DNA from: Armatimonadota bacterium | GTDB taxonomy: Bacteria > Armatimonadota > SYMT01 | Reading direction: 5' to 3' | Length of the DNA stretch: 64,000 nucleotides | Assembly (NCBI GenBank): GCA_046292385.1 | Contig: JBKBRF010000008.1 | Span: 32,001-96,000 of the forward strand | Notes under the pieces: generated by a model | The model's input: the letters and a program-made list of their open reading frames with translations, nothing else | Told to the model about the DNA's origin: nothing | Databases searched by the model: none | Shown: one piece after another, positions 35,240-45,952 of the stretch | How the letters are laid out: each line of letters begins with the position of its first letter | How positions within the stretch are numbered: the stretch's first letter is position 1 | Translations under genes and position numbers: made by a program

Positions 35240-38200
35240 CTACGCCGGCTGCGGCGCCCGCTGCTCCGCCTCCACCTGGGCCACCAGCGGGTCCGCCAGG
35301 GAGCAGGAGAGCACCTTGCTCACGCCGCGCTCCTCCATCGTCACGCCGTAGAGCGTGTCCGCGGCTTCCATCGTGCCGCGGTTGTGCGTCACCAGGATGA
35401 ACTGCGTCCGGTGCGCGAACTCCTTCAAGATCGAGGTGAAGCGCCCGACGTTGCTCTCGTCCAGCGGCGCGTCGACCTCGTCCATCACGCAGAACGGGCT
35501 CGGCCGCACCTTCATCAGCGCGAAGATCATCGCGCCGGCCGTCAGCGCCCGCTCCCCCCCGGAGAGGAGAAGCAGGTTCTGCTGCTTCTTCCCCGGCGGC
35601 TGCACGATCACGTCGATGCCGGTCTCCAGCACGTCGGCGGGGTCGGTGAGCCGCAGCTCAGTCGTGCCGCCTCCGAACAGCTTCTTAAACATCTCGTCGA
35701 ACGCGGCGGCGATCTCGCGGAAGGCGCGCAGGAAGGTGTCGCGGCTGGCGAGGTCGATCTCCCGGATGGCGGTCTCCAGCTTACCGCGCGCTTCTTCCAG
35801 GTCGGCGCGCTGCCCCGTGAGGAAGTCGAACCGCTCCCGCGCCTCCGAGAACTGCTCCACGGCGGCGGGGTTCACCGCGCCGAGCGCCCGGATCTGCCGC
35901 CGCAGGCGCGCGATCTCCGCCTCCGGATCGGAAGAGGTGGCAAGCACCGCCTCCGCCGCTGCCTGGTCCCACGCGGCGCGGAGGCGCTCCACGGTGACCG
36001 GCTCCGGCTCCGGCGGCGCCTCTTCCCCTTCGGCGAGCGGCTGTTCTTCCGCGGCGGCGGTCTCCGGCTGCTGGAAAGCCAGGACCGACTCGACCCACTG
36101 CTCGCCCAGGTGGCGGTACTGCGTGTCGAGGGCGGCCAGCTCCACGTCGGCCCGGTGGCAGCGCTCCATCAGCTCCCGCAGCCGGGCGTTGAGGTCCTGC
36201 GTGCGGGCGCGCGCCGAAGCCGCCTCTCCCGTCAGGCGCGTCCGCGTCGCCGCCAGCGTCTCCATCTGCGCCCGGGCGGCATTCACCGCCTCCTGCGCGT
36301 CCGCCGCCTCGCCGGCCAGGGTGCTGAACGAGAGCCGCCGCTGCTCGCTCTCGGCGGTGAGGGCGCCCTGCTCCTTGAGACGCTCCGCACGCTGGCGGTC
36401 GAGGAAGCCGCCCGCCTCCACGGCGCGCCGCGAGGCGGCGATCGCCCCCTGCAGCTTCTGCTCCTGCTCCGCCAGCCGGACCCGCAGCTCGGTCGCGGCG
36501 CGCTCCGCCTCCCGGGCTTCCAACTCCAGGCGGCCGACCTCCGTCCGCGCGGCGCTCACCGACTCTTCACTATCGGTCTGGTCGGTCGCGGCCGGCGCCT
36601 TCAGCTCCTCCTCGGCGGCGGCGAGCGACCGCGCCGCCGACTCCGCCTCCCGCTCCAGGCGCGCCACTTCCGCCTTCGCGCGCTCCAGGCGCCCCTGCGC
36701 ACGGCCGACGTCCTGCCCGCGCCGGTCCGCCTCCCTGGCCTGGGCGCGGTGCTCCACGCGGGCCGCTTCCGCGCGGCTCTCCCGCTCCCGCAGGACGCTC
36801 TGCAGCCGCTTCAGCTCGGCGTCGGCGGCGCGCACCGCCTCCCGCGCGTCCGCTGCCCGCTGCTCCAGCTCCGGCAGCTTGCCGCGGAGCGTCTCCAGCT
36901 CTCGCCGGCGCGCCAGCATCGCCGCGGCGGCGCCCTCCGCTCCGAGCGCTCCGCCCCCGACCGCGCCGTGCGCCGCCCGCCAGGAGCCGTCCCGCGCCAC
37001 CCAGAGGTCGGGAGCGTCGCCCCGCTCTTCCACGGCAGCGGAGGCGAGTGCTTCCGGCTCGCAGACGCGGACGCGGCCGAGCAGCAGCCGCGCCCAGGCC
37101 AGCGCCGGCCCCTCCCCCGTCACCTGCTCTCCCAGCGATGCCGGCAGCGGCGCCGCCGGGCAGAGCGGCTCTCCCGGCAGCAGCAGCGCCGCGAGCTTCT
37201 TCCCCTTGAGCCACCTGAGCGCCGCGGCAGCAGCCTCCGGCGAGTCGGCGAGCACCGCGTCGGCGTAGACCCCCAGCGCCGCCTCGACCGCCTTCTCCAG
37301 CCCGGCGGGGACCTGCAGCCGCTCCACCAGCAGCGACCACTCCCCGGCGACCTCCCGCCGGCGCGCGGCGGCGAGGAGCTGGCGGGCCCCGGCGGCGGCC
37401 CCCTCCCCGCGCTCCCCCAGCTCCGTCAGCGCCTGGAGACGGGCGCTGTGGCTGCTCAACTCCCCGGTGGTCCGGTCCAGCGTTCCGCGCGCGGCGGTGA
37501 GCGCCTGCTCGGCAGCGCGCGCCGCGTCCCGCTCGACCTTGATCTCGCCGGTCAGCGCCTCGGCCCGCGACAGGTGCTCCGCCGCCGCCTTCTGGAAACT
37601 CTCCCGTTCGAGCCGGATCCGCTCCAGCTCCGCCTCGGCGTCTTCCAGGCTCTCGGCGGCGCGCTTGCGGTCTGCCGCCAGGCTCTCCACCCGGCCGGCG
37701 AGCGACTTCGCCCGCGCCTCCAGCTCCGACTGCCTCCGCGCGCGCGCCAGCCACGCCTGCCTCAGCAGCTCGAGCTGTTCCGCCGCCGCCTGGTGGATGC
37801 GCGTCTTCTCCCGCGCTGCCCCCTGCGCGGCGATGAGCTGCTGGCGGAGCTGGTCGACCTCCCGCTTGAGCTCCGCCTCGTCTCGCGCCGTGTTCTCGGA
37901 GCGGCGGACCTGGTCCTCGATCCGGCCGGCCAGCTCGTCCAGCTCCTTCGCCAGCGTGCGGAGGCGGCGCTGCACCTCTCCGGCGCGCTCCTCCGCCCGT
38001 GCCTTCTCCGCTTCGGCGTCGGCCACTCGCTTGAGACCGTCGGTCTCCGCGCGGCGGAGCGCCTCCGCCTCCACCTCCAGCGCCTCGAGCTGCTTTCGGG
38101 TCTCCGCCTCCGCGGCCTGGCCGGCGGCAAGCTCCTCCTCCAGCCGCTTGCGCTCTCCGTGCAGCTCCTCCACGAGCTGCGCCAGCCCGCCGCGCTCGAT

Positions 38201-38914
38201 CTGGAACCGCCGCAGTTTCGCGCCGTACCAGGCGTTCTCCACCTCCAGCAAGCGCGCGGAAAGCTCCCGGAAGCGCTTCGCCGCCGCGGCCTGACGCTGG
38301 AGCGGCCCGAGCTGCGCCTCGATCTCGGCGACGATGTCGTTCACACGGAGCAGGTTCTGCTGCGTGTGCTCCAGCTTCCGCTCCGCCTCTTTCTTGCGGA
38401 CCCGGTACTTCTTGATCCCCGCCGCCTCTTCGAAGATCTCCCGGCGATCCTCCGCGCGGACGCTCAGGATCTGGTCGATCTCTCCCTGGTTCACCAGCGA
38501 GTAGGCGTCCCGACCCACCCCGGTATCGAGGAACAGCTCGTAGATGTCGCGCAGGCGGCACGGCACCTGGTTGATCCGGAACTCGCTCTCCCCGGAGCGG
38601 TAGAGCCGGCGGGTGACGGTGATTTCGGTGAAGTCGAGCGGCAGGGCGCGGTCGGAGTTATCCAGCGTGAGGGAGACCTCGGCCATGCCGAGCGGCCGGC
38701 GCCGGTCGTTGCCGGCGAAGATGACGTCCTGCGCCGAGCTGCCGCGCAGCTCCCGGACGTTGTTCTCGCCCAGCACCCAGAGGATGGCGTCCGAGATGTT
38801 GCTCTTGCCGGAGCCGTTCGGCCCCACCACGCAGGTGATGCCGGGGTTGAAGACGATCTGCGTCTTCTGGGCGAAGGTCTTGAACCCGTGGATGTCGAGC
38901 TGCTTGAGGTACAC
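35240..38914 (-). CDS. smc: Chromosome segregation protein SMC
   Basis: GTG start; Walker A 'GPNGSGKSN', coiled coils and hinge, 'LSGGE', 'DEVDAPLD'. Confidence 0.96.
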   Translation of the reverse strand: MYLKQLDIHGFKTFAQKTQIVFNPGITCVVGPNGSGKSNISDAILWVLGENNVRELRGSSAQDVIFAGNDRRRPLGMAEVSLTLDNSDRALPLDFTEITVTRRLYRSGESEFRINQVPCRLRDIYELFLDTGVGRDAYSLVNQGEIDQILSVRAEDRREIFEEAAGIKKYRVRKKEAERKLEHTQQNLLRVNDIVAEIEAQLGPLQRQAAAAKRFRELSARLLEVENAWYGAKLRRFQIERGGLAQLVEELHGERKRLEEELAAGQAAEAETRKQLEALEVEAEALRRAETDGLKRVADAEAEKARAEERAGEVQRRLRTLAKELDELAGRIEDQVRRSENTARDEAELKREVDQLRQQLIAAQGAAREKTRIHQAAAEQLELLRQAWLARARRQSELEARAKSLAGRVESLAADRKRAAESLEDAEAELERIRLERESFQKAAAEHLSRAEALTGEIKVERDAARAAEQALTAARGTLDRTTGELSSHSARLQALTELGERGEGAAAGARQLLAAARRREVAGEWSLLVERLQVPAGLEKAVEAALGVYADAVLADSPEAAAAALRWLKGKKLAALLLPGEPLCPAAPLPASLGEQVTGEGPALAWARLLLGRVRVCEPEALASAAVEERGDAPDLWVARDGSWRAAHGAVGGGALGAEGAAAAMLARRRELETLRGKLPELEQRAADAREAVRAADAELKRLQSVLRERESRAEAARVEHRAQAREADRRGQDVGRAQGRLERAKAEVARLEREAESAARSLAAAEEELKAPAATDQTDSEESVSAARTEVGRLELEAREAERAATELRVRLAEQEQKLQGAIAASRRAVEAGGFLDRQRAERLKEQGALTAESEQRRLSFSTLAGEAADAQEAVNAARAQMETLAATRTRLTGEAASARARTQDLNARLRELMERCHRADVELAALDTQYRHLGEQWVESVLAFQQPETAAAEEQPLAEGEEAPPEPEPVTVERLRAAWDQAAAEAVLATSSDPEAEIARLRRQIRALGAVNPAAVEQFSEARERFDFLTGQRADLEEARGKLETAIREIDLASRDTFLRAFREIAAAFDEMFKKLFGGGTTELRLTDPADVLETGIDVIVQPPGKKQQNLLLLSGGERALTAGAMIFALMKVRPSPFCVMDEVDAPLDESNVGRFTSILKEFAHRTQFILVTHNRGTMEAADTLYGVTMEERGVSKVLSCSLADPLVAQVEAEQRAPQPA

Positions 38915-39142
38915 GTGGGAAACCGGGCGAGGGGTACCGCTGGCGCGGGGTCGGTGGGTTTTCCATTCTAGCCGGTGGGAGGGCTGGGCGGAACCCATGG
39001 AGGGATTGTCGGCGGGCTCCAGGGAGTGGCTGTATGACGGGTGAGAGATTCGCGCTGGGAGTGATGCAGCGTTGGAACCGCGGGACCGCCCTCTTGCGAT
39101 AGTCGAGGGACTCCTTGTCCGGTTCGTGCACTACCATCGTGG

Positions 39143-39723
39143 GCAGCGTTGGAACCGCGGGACCGACCCCGAGCCCTAGTCGTCCGCTTCAGCCCTCCCG
39201 CGACGTGTGCCCTCCGCCGGCCCTTTCACACTCCGCTTCGCTCCGTTAGCGGGCCGCTCCGGGTGTTCAGCCTGGCATGCTCTTCCCGCGACTCCGCGCG
39301 CTACCGTGACAGAGGCCCAGTTCACGGGCTGAATCGGCCGCCGTCGAGCTACCGCCCCTGACACCCAGGGGCGGTCACAAAGGGCGTCCTCCGGCAGAGC
39401 CTACGGCTCCGCCTCCGAACGCCACTGGATAGGCCTTCGCTCGCGCTACCGAAGGAGCCTGGAGGCGCTGCCGGAGGCAGCGGCGGAAGGCTCCACCTGT
39501 GGGCACCCCTGGAGAGGGGTGGCTGCTTGAGCCCGGCGGAGTGGCCCGTGAGTCGTTGTATCGAAGAAGGCGCAGCGCCCGAACGCGGCGCGCAGGTCCT
39601 CGCCGCGCACGCCCGGACCAGCCCGTTAGCGCCGGAGGCGCGTGGGAGGGCTGAGGGAGGGCCAACCACGCGGGAGGGCCGGTCCGCCGGGTGAGGGCAC
39701 GGGGTGAAACCTCGGGAAGAAGC
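39143..39723 (-). repeat. Nested palindromic element, copy G (complete)
   Basis: All modules present; palindrome variant ACCGCCCCTG..CAGGGGCGGT carries a compensatory change. Confidence 0.92.
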
Positions 39724-39883
39724 GCTTCTCGTGAAGCGGAAGAACACCCCGGAGAAGGCCTCCCACCTCCCCCGCCGAAGTAGTCGATGGCGGCACGCAC
39801 GTTTTCGCCTAAGCAGGAGCCTGCCTGCTCGCCACAATCTAGGTCGGCACGCGCCGGGGCGTGCCGGTTGCCGGAGAGCCGCG

Positions 39884-40957
39884 ATGGCCCTGTTCCTGCA
39901 GATCCTGGGAATCCTGTTCCTCGTCCTGGTGCTGGTGGTGGTGGGAGGCTTCTTCCTGCTGCGCAGCAAGTTCCGCAAGGCGATGTCTGAACTGGTGGCG
40001 CAGGCCGAGGAGATGAAGTACGGGATCACCCCCACCCGCATCCACCTGCGCCGGCGGGACGCCGTGGCGTGGCAGAATCCGGAGGCGGCGGAATCGTACT
40101 CCAGCGCGCTCCTGGCCCTGGGATTCGAGGACGCGGGCAGCTACGACATCGAGGAGCTCGACTTCGTCCGCCTGCGCGGCTTCGCCCACCCGGGGGAGTC
40201 GGTCTACGCCGCCGTCTACGAGCACGAGAAGGCGGGCACGTGGTTCGACCTCGTCAGCTTCTACCAGGACGGCACCAGCGCCACCTACAGCAACGCGCCG
40301 CGCCTGGCGCAGGGGATGGACCAGCGGCCGGGGCATTCCAAGACGTTCGACAACGGCGCCGACCTGCAGACGCTGTTCCAGCGGATGCTGGCGGAGCGCC
40401 CCGGCGGCGCCCTCTCCCCCGCCACGACCTCCGGGTTCGCGAACGCGCTGGAGCGGGCCTACGCGGACCACATGGACTGGCGCCACGCCCGCGGCCCTTC
40501 CGAGGACGAGATCCGGTTCGTCGCCGCCGAGATGGGAGAAGAGCCCTCCGACGAGCAGCTCGCCGAGGTGCGGGAGCAGCTGGAGCTGCAGTCGCTCGCC
40601 GGTCTGGACGAGAGCCTGCGGGAGCGGTTTCTGGAGCAGTCGAGCCTCTCCGCCGCAGAGTGGGAAGCCGTGCGGGAGCGCGTGGTGATCGTCCACGACC
40701 GCCTCAAGCCGGAGATGCTCGCCGAGCGTTACACCGAATGGGTCAACATGTGCGGCGAGTACGCGGAAGAGGAGGACGAGCGGGAAGAACAGGACGACCC
40801 GGAGTACCAGAAGGCGCTCGCCGCCGCCCGCGTCTCCGAGCCCCGCGCCGCCTTCGCCGCCCTGAACGAGCAGCTCCCGGAAGAGAAGCGGTTCCGCCTC
40901 CTCGGCACCGTGACCTACCCCCTCCCCGCAGCCGTCTACGTCGCTCCGGAGGGATAG
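39884..40957 (+). CDS. Membrane-anchored hypothetical protein
   Basis: N-terminal TM helix; GGAGAG Shine-Dalgarno motif; strong coding bias. Confidence 0.75.
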   Translation: MALFLQILGILFLVLVLVVVGGFFLLRSKFRKAMSELVAQAEEMKYGITPTRIHLRRRDAVAWQNPEAAESYSSALLALGFEDAGSYDIEELDFVRLRGFAHPGESVYAAVYEHEKAGTWFDLVSFYQDGTSATYSNAPRLAQGMDQRPGHSKTFDNGADLQTLFQRMLAERPGGALSPATTSGFANALERAYADHMDWRHARGPSEDEIRFVAAEMGEEPSDEQLAEVREQLELQSLAGLDESLRERFLEQSSLSAAEWEAVRERVVIVHDRLKPEMLAERYTEWVNMCGEYAEEEDEREEQDDPEYQKALAAARVSEPRAAFAALNEQLPEEKRFRLLGTVTYPLPAAVYVAPEG

Positions 40958-40992
40958 GTCAGCTCTTCACTCGCTATCGCCCGTCGGCACTG

Positions 40993-41424
40993 CTACTGAA
41001 CCCCAGCCTGCCTGGCGCGCCGCGCCTCGCGCAGCCTGGCGAGGCGGCGCCGCATGATGCTGGAGTAGGCGCTCCCGACCATCCAGGCGCCGTAACCGAT
41101 CAGCCCGAGCGTGCGCCAGGGTTCTGGAGCGGCAACGATCGAGATGAGTTGGGGAACAGTGCAAGCTCCGGTGAGCACTCCTTCACCCACGAACACGATC
41201 CACGCTGGCAGGAAGCGTCTCAGCTTGGCGCGAGTCTCCGCCGGGTCCGCCCGGCTCCCGGTCCGGCAGAGGTAGATCCCCCACGCTGCGATGATCATCC
41301 ACGCCGCGCCTGGCAAGATCCACCACTCCGGCGCGTGAAGGATCGCCGCCACCTGCAGCGCTAGTCCTCCGAACACCAGGACTATCGCGAGCCCCGCCGG
41401 CGCCATCATCCGAAGAGTGCGCAC
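40993..41424 (-). CDS. Small 4-TM hypothetical membrane protein
   Basis: Four hydrophobic segments; AAAGGGG upstream of a GTG start. Confidence 0.55.
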   Translation of the reverse strand: MRTLRMMAPAGLAIVLVFGGLALQVAAILHAPEWWILPGAAWMIIAAWGIYLCRTGSRADPAETRAKLRRFLPAWIVFVGEGVLTGACTVPQLISIVAAPEPWRTLGLIGYGAWMVGSAYSSIMRRRLARLREARRARQAGVQ

Positions 41425-41720
41425 GTTTGCGTCCCCTTTCGATGGATGAGACGCTGGTGATGCGAGCGAGTTGCGGGCGCTGTTAGGCTGCGCACGTTCC
41501 AGTTAGTCCAGCATTTCCGGCGGGCCGTCCTGCGCTCCGCAATCGTAGGCGAGATCGGTGTTGATAGTGCAGAGACGGAATGGGCCGGCCTCGGTCCGGG
41601 TCGGCGGCTTCCACCGCTCGAGTCCGGAACACGAAGCCGGCCCTCGCTTCCCGTGAGGGAATCGCCGGATCTGAGAAGCACCCCTGGCGGAGACGCTCCG
41701 GAATGTCGGCACTGCGGCGC

Positions 41721-41844
41721 GGCCTAACCCCCCAAACCCTCCCCCGTTCGAGGGACAAGCCTCACCAGAGAGGGAAGGGGAAGTTAGCCCGCTAATCACC
41801 AATAGCTCTCCTCTCCCCTCAGGAGAGGGGCCGGGGGTGAGGCC
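41721..41844. repeat. Inverted pair of CCCTCTCC/GGAGAGGG hairpin repeats
   Basis: Reverse complement of 41804-41844 is 39/41 identical to 54343-54383. Confidence 0.8.
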
Positions 41845-41854
41845 CTGTGAGGGA

Positions 41855-42976
41855 TCAGTATTTCACGACGTAGCGGTAGCCTTTGTCCTGGCGCATCAGG
41901 TCGAAGGCGTCGTTGATGTTCTCGAGGGCGATCTCTTTCGTCACCATCTCGTCGATCTTCAGGCGCCCGTCCATGTACCAGTCGACCAGCCACGGAAGCT
42001 GCGTGCGGCCCTTGCAGCCGCCGAACGCGGTGCCGGTGAGCTGGCGGCCGGCGATCAGCATGCGGGGGACCACGGAGAGCTCCTCGCCGGTCTTCGCCAC
42101 GCCGATCAGGACGCACTTGCCGCCGCCGTAGCGGACCGACTCGAATGCCTGACGCATCACGGTGGTGTTGCCGGTCGCTTCGAAGCTGTAGTCGCAGCCG
42201 CCGCCGGTCAGGTCCTTCACGGCGCTGGTGGCGTTGCCGCCGAAGTCGGCCGCGTTGACCAGGTGGGTGGCGCCGAGCTGCTTCGCCATCTCCAGGCGCT
42301 CCGGCTTGAGGTCGACGGCGATGATCTTCTCCGCCAGCGCCAGCCGCGCGCCCTGCACCACGTTCAGGCCGATCGGGCCGCAGCCGAACACCGCCACGGA
42401 GGCGCCGGGGTGGACCTTGGCGGTCCAGAGCGCCGCGCCTACGCCCGTGGTGATGGCGCAGCCGAGGAGGCAGACGCGGTCGAGCGGGGCATCCTTGCGG
42501 ATCTTCGCGAGGGCGACTTCCGGCACCACGGTGTACTGGGAGAAGGTGGAGGTGCCCATGAAGTGGTAGGCATCCCGGCCCTTCCAGTGGAAGGCGGGCT
42601 TGCCGTTCATCATCACGCCCTCGTAGTAGCCCTTGTCATCCAGGTAGCTGCAGAGGTTCGTCTCCGGGTTCTTGCACTCCGGGCAGACGCCGCACTCGGA
42701 GATGTAGAGCGGCACCACGTGGTCGCCTTCCTCCAGGGAGGTAACGCCCGCGCCGCACTTCACCACCACCCCGCCGCCCTCGTGGCCCAGGATCCGGGGC
42801 GAGAGCTGGCCGTAGTCGACGTTGTCGCCGCCGCCCATGTACCAGATCTCGGTGTGGCAGAGGCCGGTGGCGTCCAGCTTCACGAGGCATTCGCCGGGAC
42901 CGGGATCGTCCACCTCGATCTCGTCGACGATCAGGGGCTTGCCAATCTCCGTGAAAATGGCGGCCTTCGATTTCAT
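41855..42976 (-). CDS. Zn-dependent alcohol dehydrogenase, class III/formaldehyde dehydrogenase-like
   Basis: 'CHTE', 'GHEGGG', structural Zn site 'CGVCPEC..NLC', 'GTSTFSQYTV', 'GTAFGG'. Confidence 0.9.
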   Translation of the reverse strand: MKSKAAIFTEIGKPLIVDEIEVDDPGPGECLVKLDATGLCHTEIWYMGGGDNVDYGQLSPRILGHEGGGVVVKCGAGVTSLEEGDHVVPLYISECGVCPECKNPETNLCSYLDDKGYYEGVMMNGKPAFHWKGRDAYHFMGTSTFSQYTVVPEVALAKIRKDAPLDRVCLLGCAITTGVGAALWTAKVHPGASVAVFGCGPIGLNVVQGARLALAEKIIAVDLKPERLEMAKQLGATHLVNAADFGGNATSAVKDLTGGGCDYSFEATGNTTVMRQAFESVRYGGGKCVLIGVAKTGEELSVVPRMLIAGRQLTGTAFGGCKGRTQLPWLVDWYMDGRLKIDEMVTKEIALENINDAFDLMRQDKGYRYVVKY

Positions 42977-43204
42977 TCGGGTCTCCTTCTCAATCCGTTC
43001 TCCCGGCGAGGGGGCGGGAAGCCTCTCCGCGCGGCTCGTCCGGGAGCCAGCCAGAGGGGAGTTCGTCAGGCCGCAGGCGTGCCCCTTCTACCCGACCGCG
43101 TGCCCGAGGATGGAATTCGCTCTCCGGTGGTGAACCTGACTCCCGGCCGGTCTCGCGGAGTGGCGAGGGTTGCCGGCGCAGCGTTCAGAGAGAGGTTCTA
43201 AGGA

Positions 43205-43903
43205 ATGAATCGCTTGATCCTTCGGGCGGCCGGCTTCGCCGCGACGGCTCTGGTGGCGGGCTCCCTCATCGGCAGCGGCCCGGCCCGCGCTGCCACCGGC
43301 TGGCAGCCGCTCTTCAACGGCAAGAACTGGGACGGGTGGTACACGTGGGTTCCCGGCCACGGCAAGAACAATGATCCGGACAAGATCTTCACCATCGAGA
43401 AAGATGGCTCGATCCACGTCACCGGCGAGAAGTTCTCGTTCATCAGCACGGACAAGGACTACGAGAACTACCGCCTGAGCGTCGACTTCAAGTGGGGCCA
43501 GAAAAAGTGGCCGCCGCGGGAGAACGCCGTCCGCGACGCGGGCATCCTCTACCACTGCGTGGGGCCGGACAAGGTCTGGAACAAGTCGCTGGAGCTGCAG
43601 ATCCAGGAAGGCGACACCGGCGACATGTGGCTCACCGGCGGCGAGGGCGGCGCGCCGTCGCTCACGGTGCTCGGCAAGACCTACACCGGCGGCCGCGTGG
43701 TGAAGTGGTCCGACCCGGAGAAGCCGCATGGCCAGTGGAACACCGTGATGGTGGTGGCGAAGGGCGACAAGATCGAGCACTGGGTGAACGGCAAGGTGAA
43801 CATGGTCGGCACCGACGCCAGCCTCACCAAGGGCCGTATCAACCTTCAGTCCGAGGGTGCGGAGCTCTGGTACCGCAACATCATGATCGAACCGATCGAG
43901 TAG
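43205..43903 (+). CDS. DUF1080 (3-keto-disaccharide hydrolase-like) secreted protein
   Basis: 'LFNGKNWDGW', 'GQWN', 'G.I.LQSEG', 'YRNI'. Confidence 0.9.
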   Translation: MNRLILRAAGFAATALVAGSLIGSGPARAATGWQPLFNGKNWDGWYTWVPGHGKNNDPDKIFTIEKDGSIHVTGEKFSFISTDKDYENYRLSVDFKWGQKKWPPRENAVRDAGILYHCVGPDKVWNKSLELQIQEGDTGDMWLTGGEGGAPSLTVLGKTYTGGRVVKWSDPEKPHGQWNTVMVVAKGDKIEHWVNGKVNMVGTDASLTKGRINLQSEGAELWYRNIMIEPIE

Positions 43904-43982
43904 CTCCTCGGTCGTGCTGATTGGCTTCCGCTTTCCCGCGGGAGCGTGCTTAAGGATGCGGCAGCCTCTCTCGGGGGGCTGC

Positions 43983-44171
43983 CGTATTCCGTATCGCGTA
44001 TTGCGTGTGAGGAGCTTCTGCCGCTTTGCGGAAGCGGTCGAGCCACCGGGGAGGTGCCGGCTCCCACTCGCCCGCGGACTGCGTCTGGAACGAGGAACGG
44101 GGCTCTCCGATGGCCCGAGATGCGCCGCCGAAGAGCCCCGCTTCCACACGGAATACGCGTTACGGAATACG
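43983..44171. repeat. Inverted (CGTATTC)n heptamer arms enclosing a 135-nt spacer
   Basis: 43983-44009 versus the reverse complement of 44145-44171: 25/27; same array at 63944-63973. Confidence 0.8.
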
Positions 44172-44173
44172 CC

Positions 44174-45028
44174 CTACGCCGCCGGCGGGAGCTTCTCCAC
44201 CGCGGCGCGGACCGCTTCCAGGCACTTGCGGATGTCCGCGATCGGGTCCATCGGGTTCTCTTCGTACTCCAGCGCCAGGACGTCGCTGAACTTCACGTCG
44301 CGAAGGGCGCGGAGCGTGCCGACCAGGTCGAGGTCACCTTCTCCCAGGATCGTGAACTTGGTGGTGTCCTTCACGTCCTTCAGGTGGCAGCCGTAGACCC
44401 GCTCGCCGAGCGTCTCGATCACCTTCACCGGGTTCTCGCTGGAACGGAGGAAGTGGCCGGTGTCGACGCAGGCGCCGATCAGCTTGTGCCGGCCGTTGAC
44501 CGCCTTCGTCACGTCTTCCAGCTTGTCGTAGCGATGGCCGGGACCGTGGTTGTGGATGGCGATCTTGATGTTGAACTCCTGGACCAGCTCTTCCAGGTTG
44601 TCGAACGACTCCGGCGCGGGGTCGGCGCTGATCGTCGGAATCCCCATCGCCTTCGCCGCCTCGAAGACCTCGCGGTTCTTCGCCTTGTCCGCTCCGAAGG
44701 CAGCGACGCCGTGTGCCATCATGCGGACGCGCGCGGCACGCAGCTTCTCCCGCAGCGCCATGATCTCCCCCGCGTTGGTGGTGAGCGGAATGTGGCCGCC
44801 GTAGGCCTCCCACGCGCGCACACCGAGGGCGTTGGTGTGCTGAAGCGCCTCGTCCAGTTTGTAGCCGCGCAGGGAGTAGCTCTGGAGGCCCATCCGGAAC
44901 GGGCCGTAGCGGCGGCGGCGCTGGTCCTGCTCCTGCGCGGAGAGCGCGGAGAGCGGGGCGGCGGCGAGGGCCGCGCCGGCGGTCCACCGCAGCATCTCGC
45001 GGCGATCCATCCTGGTATTGACTGACAT
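44174..45028 (-). CDS. Tat-exported sugar phosphate isomerase/epimerase (xylose isomerase-like TIM barrel)
   Basis: 'DRREML', 'IHNHG', 'DTGH', 'HLKD', 'LEYE'. Confidence 0.88.
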   Translation of the reverse strand: MSVNTRMDRREMLRWTAGAALAAAPLSALSAQEQDQRRRRYGPFRMGLQSYSLRGYKLDEALQHTNALGVRAWEAYGGHIPLTTNAGEIMALREKLRAARVRMMAHGVAAFGADKAKNREVFEAAKAMGIPTISADPAPESFDNLEELVQEFNIKIAIHNHGPGHRYDKLEDVTKAVNGRHKLIGACVDTGHFLRSSENPVKVIETLGERVYGCHLKDVKDTTKFTILGEGDLDLVGTLRALRDVKFSDVLALEYEENPMDPIADIRKCLEAVRAAVEKLPPAA

Positions 45029-45124
45029 CGGGTTCCTGCCTCTCCGTCGCCGCCATCGGCGACCATCGAACGGGACTAACGGCAAAATCCCCTATAGGTC
45101 AGTCGTGCGGGATCGTTCTCCCTC

Positions 45125-45937
45125 TCACGCGCCCGCTCGCTGGGGCATGGCTCTTACGCTGCGCATGATGCGGGCCAGCCGCCGGTAGAGCGCGCCGGCG
45201 ACCCTCCGCCACGGTGGAGGGTAGAGGTGACACGATTTCGGCGGCAGCCCCCGCGCCAGCAGCGCCTCCCGGCAGCGGGCGTAGTCGTACGGCACCGCCT
45301 GGAATTGGGCCTGCTCCCGGTCGAGATCGAGGACCAGCACCTGCGCCGCGACCCGGCGCTCCCGCGACTGCCCCACGCTGCCGGGGTTCAGCAGCATCCG
45401 GACGTGCAGCGGGATGCCGGCGGCGCGGCCGCGGGCGAGGGTCCCCTCTCCCTCCGCAAAGGCCCACGCGCGGTGCGTGTGCCCCAGCACCACCATCCGG
45501 GCGCCGGGATGGAGCCGGTCCAGGAGCGCGAGCTGCTCCTCCGCCTGGTCCGGCCGGGTGACGTACTCCTGCGGGTCTTCCAGCGATCCGTGTGCCAGCA
45601 CTACGCCGCCCTCCACCTCCAGCCGCTCCGGCAGCGCGGCGAGGTAGGCGCGGGTGTCGTCCCGCAGCTGCTCTCGCGTCCAGTTCAGGCTGTCGCGGGC
45701 GAGGGTGATGCAGCGGTCGGTGGTGAGGCGCCCCAGCGCGATCAGGTCGTGGTTGCCCGCCACGCACGCGGCGCCGAGCTCCGCCACCCGCTCGACGCAC
45801 TCGTTCGGGTGCGGACCGTAGCCGACCAGGTCCCCCGTGCAGAGGAAGCGGTCGACCCCCTCCCGCCGCAGCGCTTCGACCGCGGCCTCCAGGGCGGGCA
45901 GGTTGGCGTGGATATCGGAGAGGATGCCGTAGCGCAT
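45125..45937 (-). CDS. Metallophosphoesterase family protein
   Basis: 'SDIHAN', 'GDLVGYG', 'GNHD', 'HGS', 'GHTH', 'NPGSVGQ'. Confidence 0.92.
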   Translation of the reverse strand: MRYGILSDIHANLPALEAAVEALRREGVDRFLCTGDLVGYGPHPNECVERVAELGAACVAGNHDLIALGRLTTDRCITLARDSLNWTREQLRDDTRAYLAALPERLEVEGGVVLAHGSLEDPQEYVTRPDQAEEQLALLDRLHPGARMVVLGHTHRAWAFAEGEGTLARGRAAGIPLHVRMLLNPGSVGQSRERRVAAQVLVLDLDREQAQFQAVPYDYARCREALLARGLPPKSCHLYPPPWRRVAGALYRRLARIMRSVRAMPQRAGA

Positions 45938-45952
45938 AGCGGTGAGCTCTGT

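Noticed and set aside
35177..38971. Very long antisense or alternate-frame ORFs (e.g. 1264 aa opposite smc, 820-3831, 16205-19126)
   Set aside because: Shadow ORFs expected from high GC3; no recognisable motifs, and they overlap well-supported genes
41440..41520. GCCTAAC after a stop codon on the minus strand, resembling an integron attC inverse core
   Set aside because: No matching GTTRRRY end or attC stem, and no integrase in the window
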